A stretch of 64,000 bases of DNA. Source: Lophium mytilinum (Eukaryota). A program made the position numbers and the translations under genes. Within the stretch, counting starts at the first letter, position 1. Each line of letters begins with the position of its first letter. Under the pieces are notes generated by a model. The model was not told where the DNA came from, did no database searches, and saw only the letters and a program-made list of their open reading frames with translations. Positions 62,089 through 64,000 of the stretch are shown here, piece by piece. The stretch covers positions 620,001 through 684,000 of the forward strand of contig MU004195.1 of NCBI GenBank assembly GCA_010093605.1. The letters are read 5' to 3'.

Positions 62089-64000
62089 AGCACAGGATGG
62101 GGACTGCCACCTTGCTCCCGGAGGATTCTGTGTAGCCGCTGTACGATGTCGGCGGCGTTTGACATATGATAGCGCAAACCAGTCTTATATGATTGGCCCA
62201 ACGGGGTTCTAGAATTCTGTGAAGGTGGTGTGGCAAAACGATTGAGAAAGAGACCAATGATATCGAAGATATTGCTCTATGTGCAATTGCCGAAGTGGAT
62301 CGTACTACCTATTCTCTCTTCGCTAAGGCAAGGAGGTAAATCGTCTGGATTACCCAGCTTGGACAAATAACGCCGCTTGTGGGTTTTTATCTCCTCTCAC
62401 TATCAATGCCTGCTGATAGAAAGCTCGAGAGGACTCCCACCGGCGATGAGACTCGTCCAAAGGTTCCCGGCGTTGGGAACCGCGACTTTGGCGCAGGTCT
62501 TCCACTGGCTCTCTACTTTCTCTGAAACCGTAGCATTGAGAGCCCAGTCCTTCCATTGTGTTCGACCAGGGCCTCTAGTGTTGTACAGCGGTGGGCATAG
62601 TCAGGCTCTTTTCTGATCAGTAATAGAAGTTGGAACCTTGATACAGGTTATCATCCTCGGACTCGGCACAATATTCTTCAACTCTTGAAAGCACTGTTTC
62701 AGGCCGAGCCCCTTGGACATATCTCAAGATCTCCTAACCTGGCTTGTGACGACCTCTTCCTTCAGCAACCTTTCCTAACCGCTTTATACCCCGAAGAGGT
62801 ATGTCACGTGAATCACGGGTAGCAAAATCTTTCGGGACACGTCAGGCGGCAGCAGATAGATATACACAGAGCAAAAGTGTCGCCTGACAGTCCCTGATTA
62901 TGTCATAGCACCGCAAGTAGTGCCCAAGATAGCAGGTAAGCTTTGCCACAGCGTTATATAAGCCGTTTGCAGTGCTTCGAAGATGCCAGGATGAACAAGA
63001 AGACGTAGGCTTTTCAAACGAGTCAGCCGAGGTGGGAAGAAGACGTGGAGTAGAGAGTGGAGTTGTCAGTGTAAGAAAAGCATTGTTTTGATACTAGAGA
63101 GAAAGAATAACAAAGAGCGACAATTCTTGATTTAGAGTCGCAAAGATCACCAGAGAAATGTATATATCCGGCCGTTTGCACACAACAACAAGGCCATCTG
63201 CATGGTTCGATCGCGTCTACTTCAAGGCGGTATAATAACATCTCGCCTCGTTATGCAGAAAAGACACACACCAACGGAACTGAACTTATCTTTGAACGGG
63301 AGCTCTCTGCCGTCCCAAATATCCTGGTCACCAAATCCCCCATCACGTTGTGTATTTATTAGCCGTACAGCACTAATGTGCCACATGCAGGCTAAGTGTG
63401 ATGCAGGACGATTGGGTAGGAACTTAGCAGACGCCACAGAGCGGTAGAGTAATACGAGTGTGACTGGCCAAATTAGACGACACTTCAACCCTGTGCCGCA
63501 ATAATTTTCTTCCAAAATACTTTCCCAGCCAGCTCTATCTCTTTCACGTCTCGGCATATCCCGACCAAAAACCCACCTCGGCATCGCTACACACAAGAAT
63601 TAAGAACCGAACCACGTAGCGCATCACCGAGTCATGTCTCGCATAAACACCCCCACCCGCCAAGTTCACCCGCGTTCCCCATCGTCGTTCGCCGGCTTTT
63701 GCTTACCCCAAAGCAGCCTGGACGCACTACAGGATCGGCTTCGGAGATTAAACAGGATCATCGCTGCACGCTTTCTTTCAGCGCCGCGGCTTAAAGAATA
63801 AAAACTCTCCGGCTGTCGTGTCTCTGTGTTTCAGGTTTCAGGTGGCGCCGAGCGTTAAGAAGCCGCTAGTAAGGAAGCGTGCAGGCGATGTTGACGCTGT
63901 GCTGTTTCTGGTTCCTGCATCGTGACACAGAGCCATCGTGCAGAAAACGGCCGTCTTGTGGCACTTGTCTGTGCGGGTGAGGGAGCCGTGTGCGAGGTTA

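Overview
Intron-containing, gene-dense DNA from a filamentous ascomycete (Pezizomycotina-like gene content; GT-AG introns with CTAAC/CTGAC branch sites). Conserved genes: Rcf2-like HIG1 protein, NAD-dependent formate dehydrogenase, formin SepA/Bni1, Hsp31/DJ-1 glyoxalase, Mtq1/HemK methyltransferase, an MDR oxidoreductase, Ess2/DGCR14, eIF6, the Rce1 CAAX protease and a cytochrome P450. Two accessory-looking loci stand out. (1) At 2.1-9.0 kb, four diverged tandem BTB/POZ genes share a Cys/His C-terminal motif; two of them are followed on their 3' side by the same non-coding element (one solo copy, one higher-order 151/378-bp array with internal inverted repeats). (2) At 24.1-29.3 kb, a large homeodomain-like + C2H2 zinc finger + protein kinase + HET fusion is interrupted by a single in-frame TAA and followed by a strong hairpin. 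Also noted: an in-frame FDH intron encoding a mitochondrial-presequence-like peptide, an apparent 1-nt intron slide, several decaying genes, and recurrent GC-skew inversion islands. All gene models were built by eye with no database searches.
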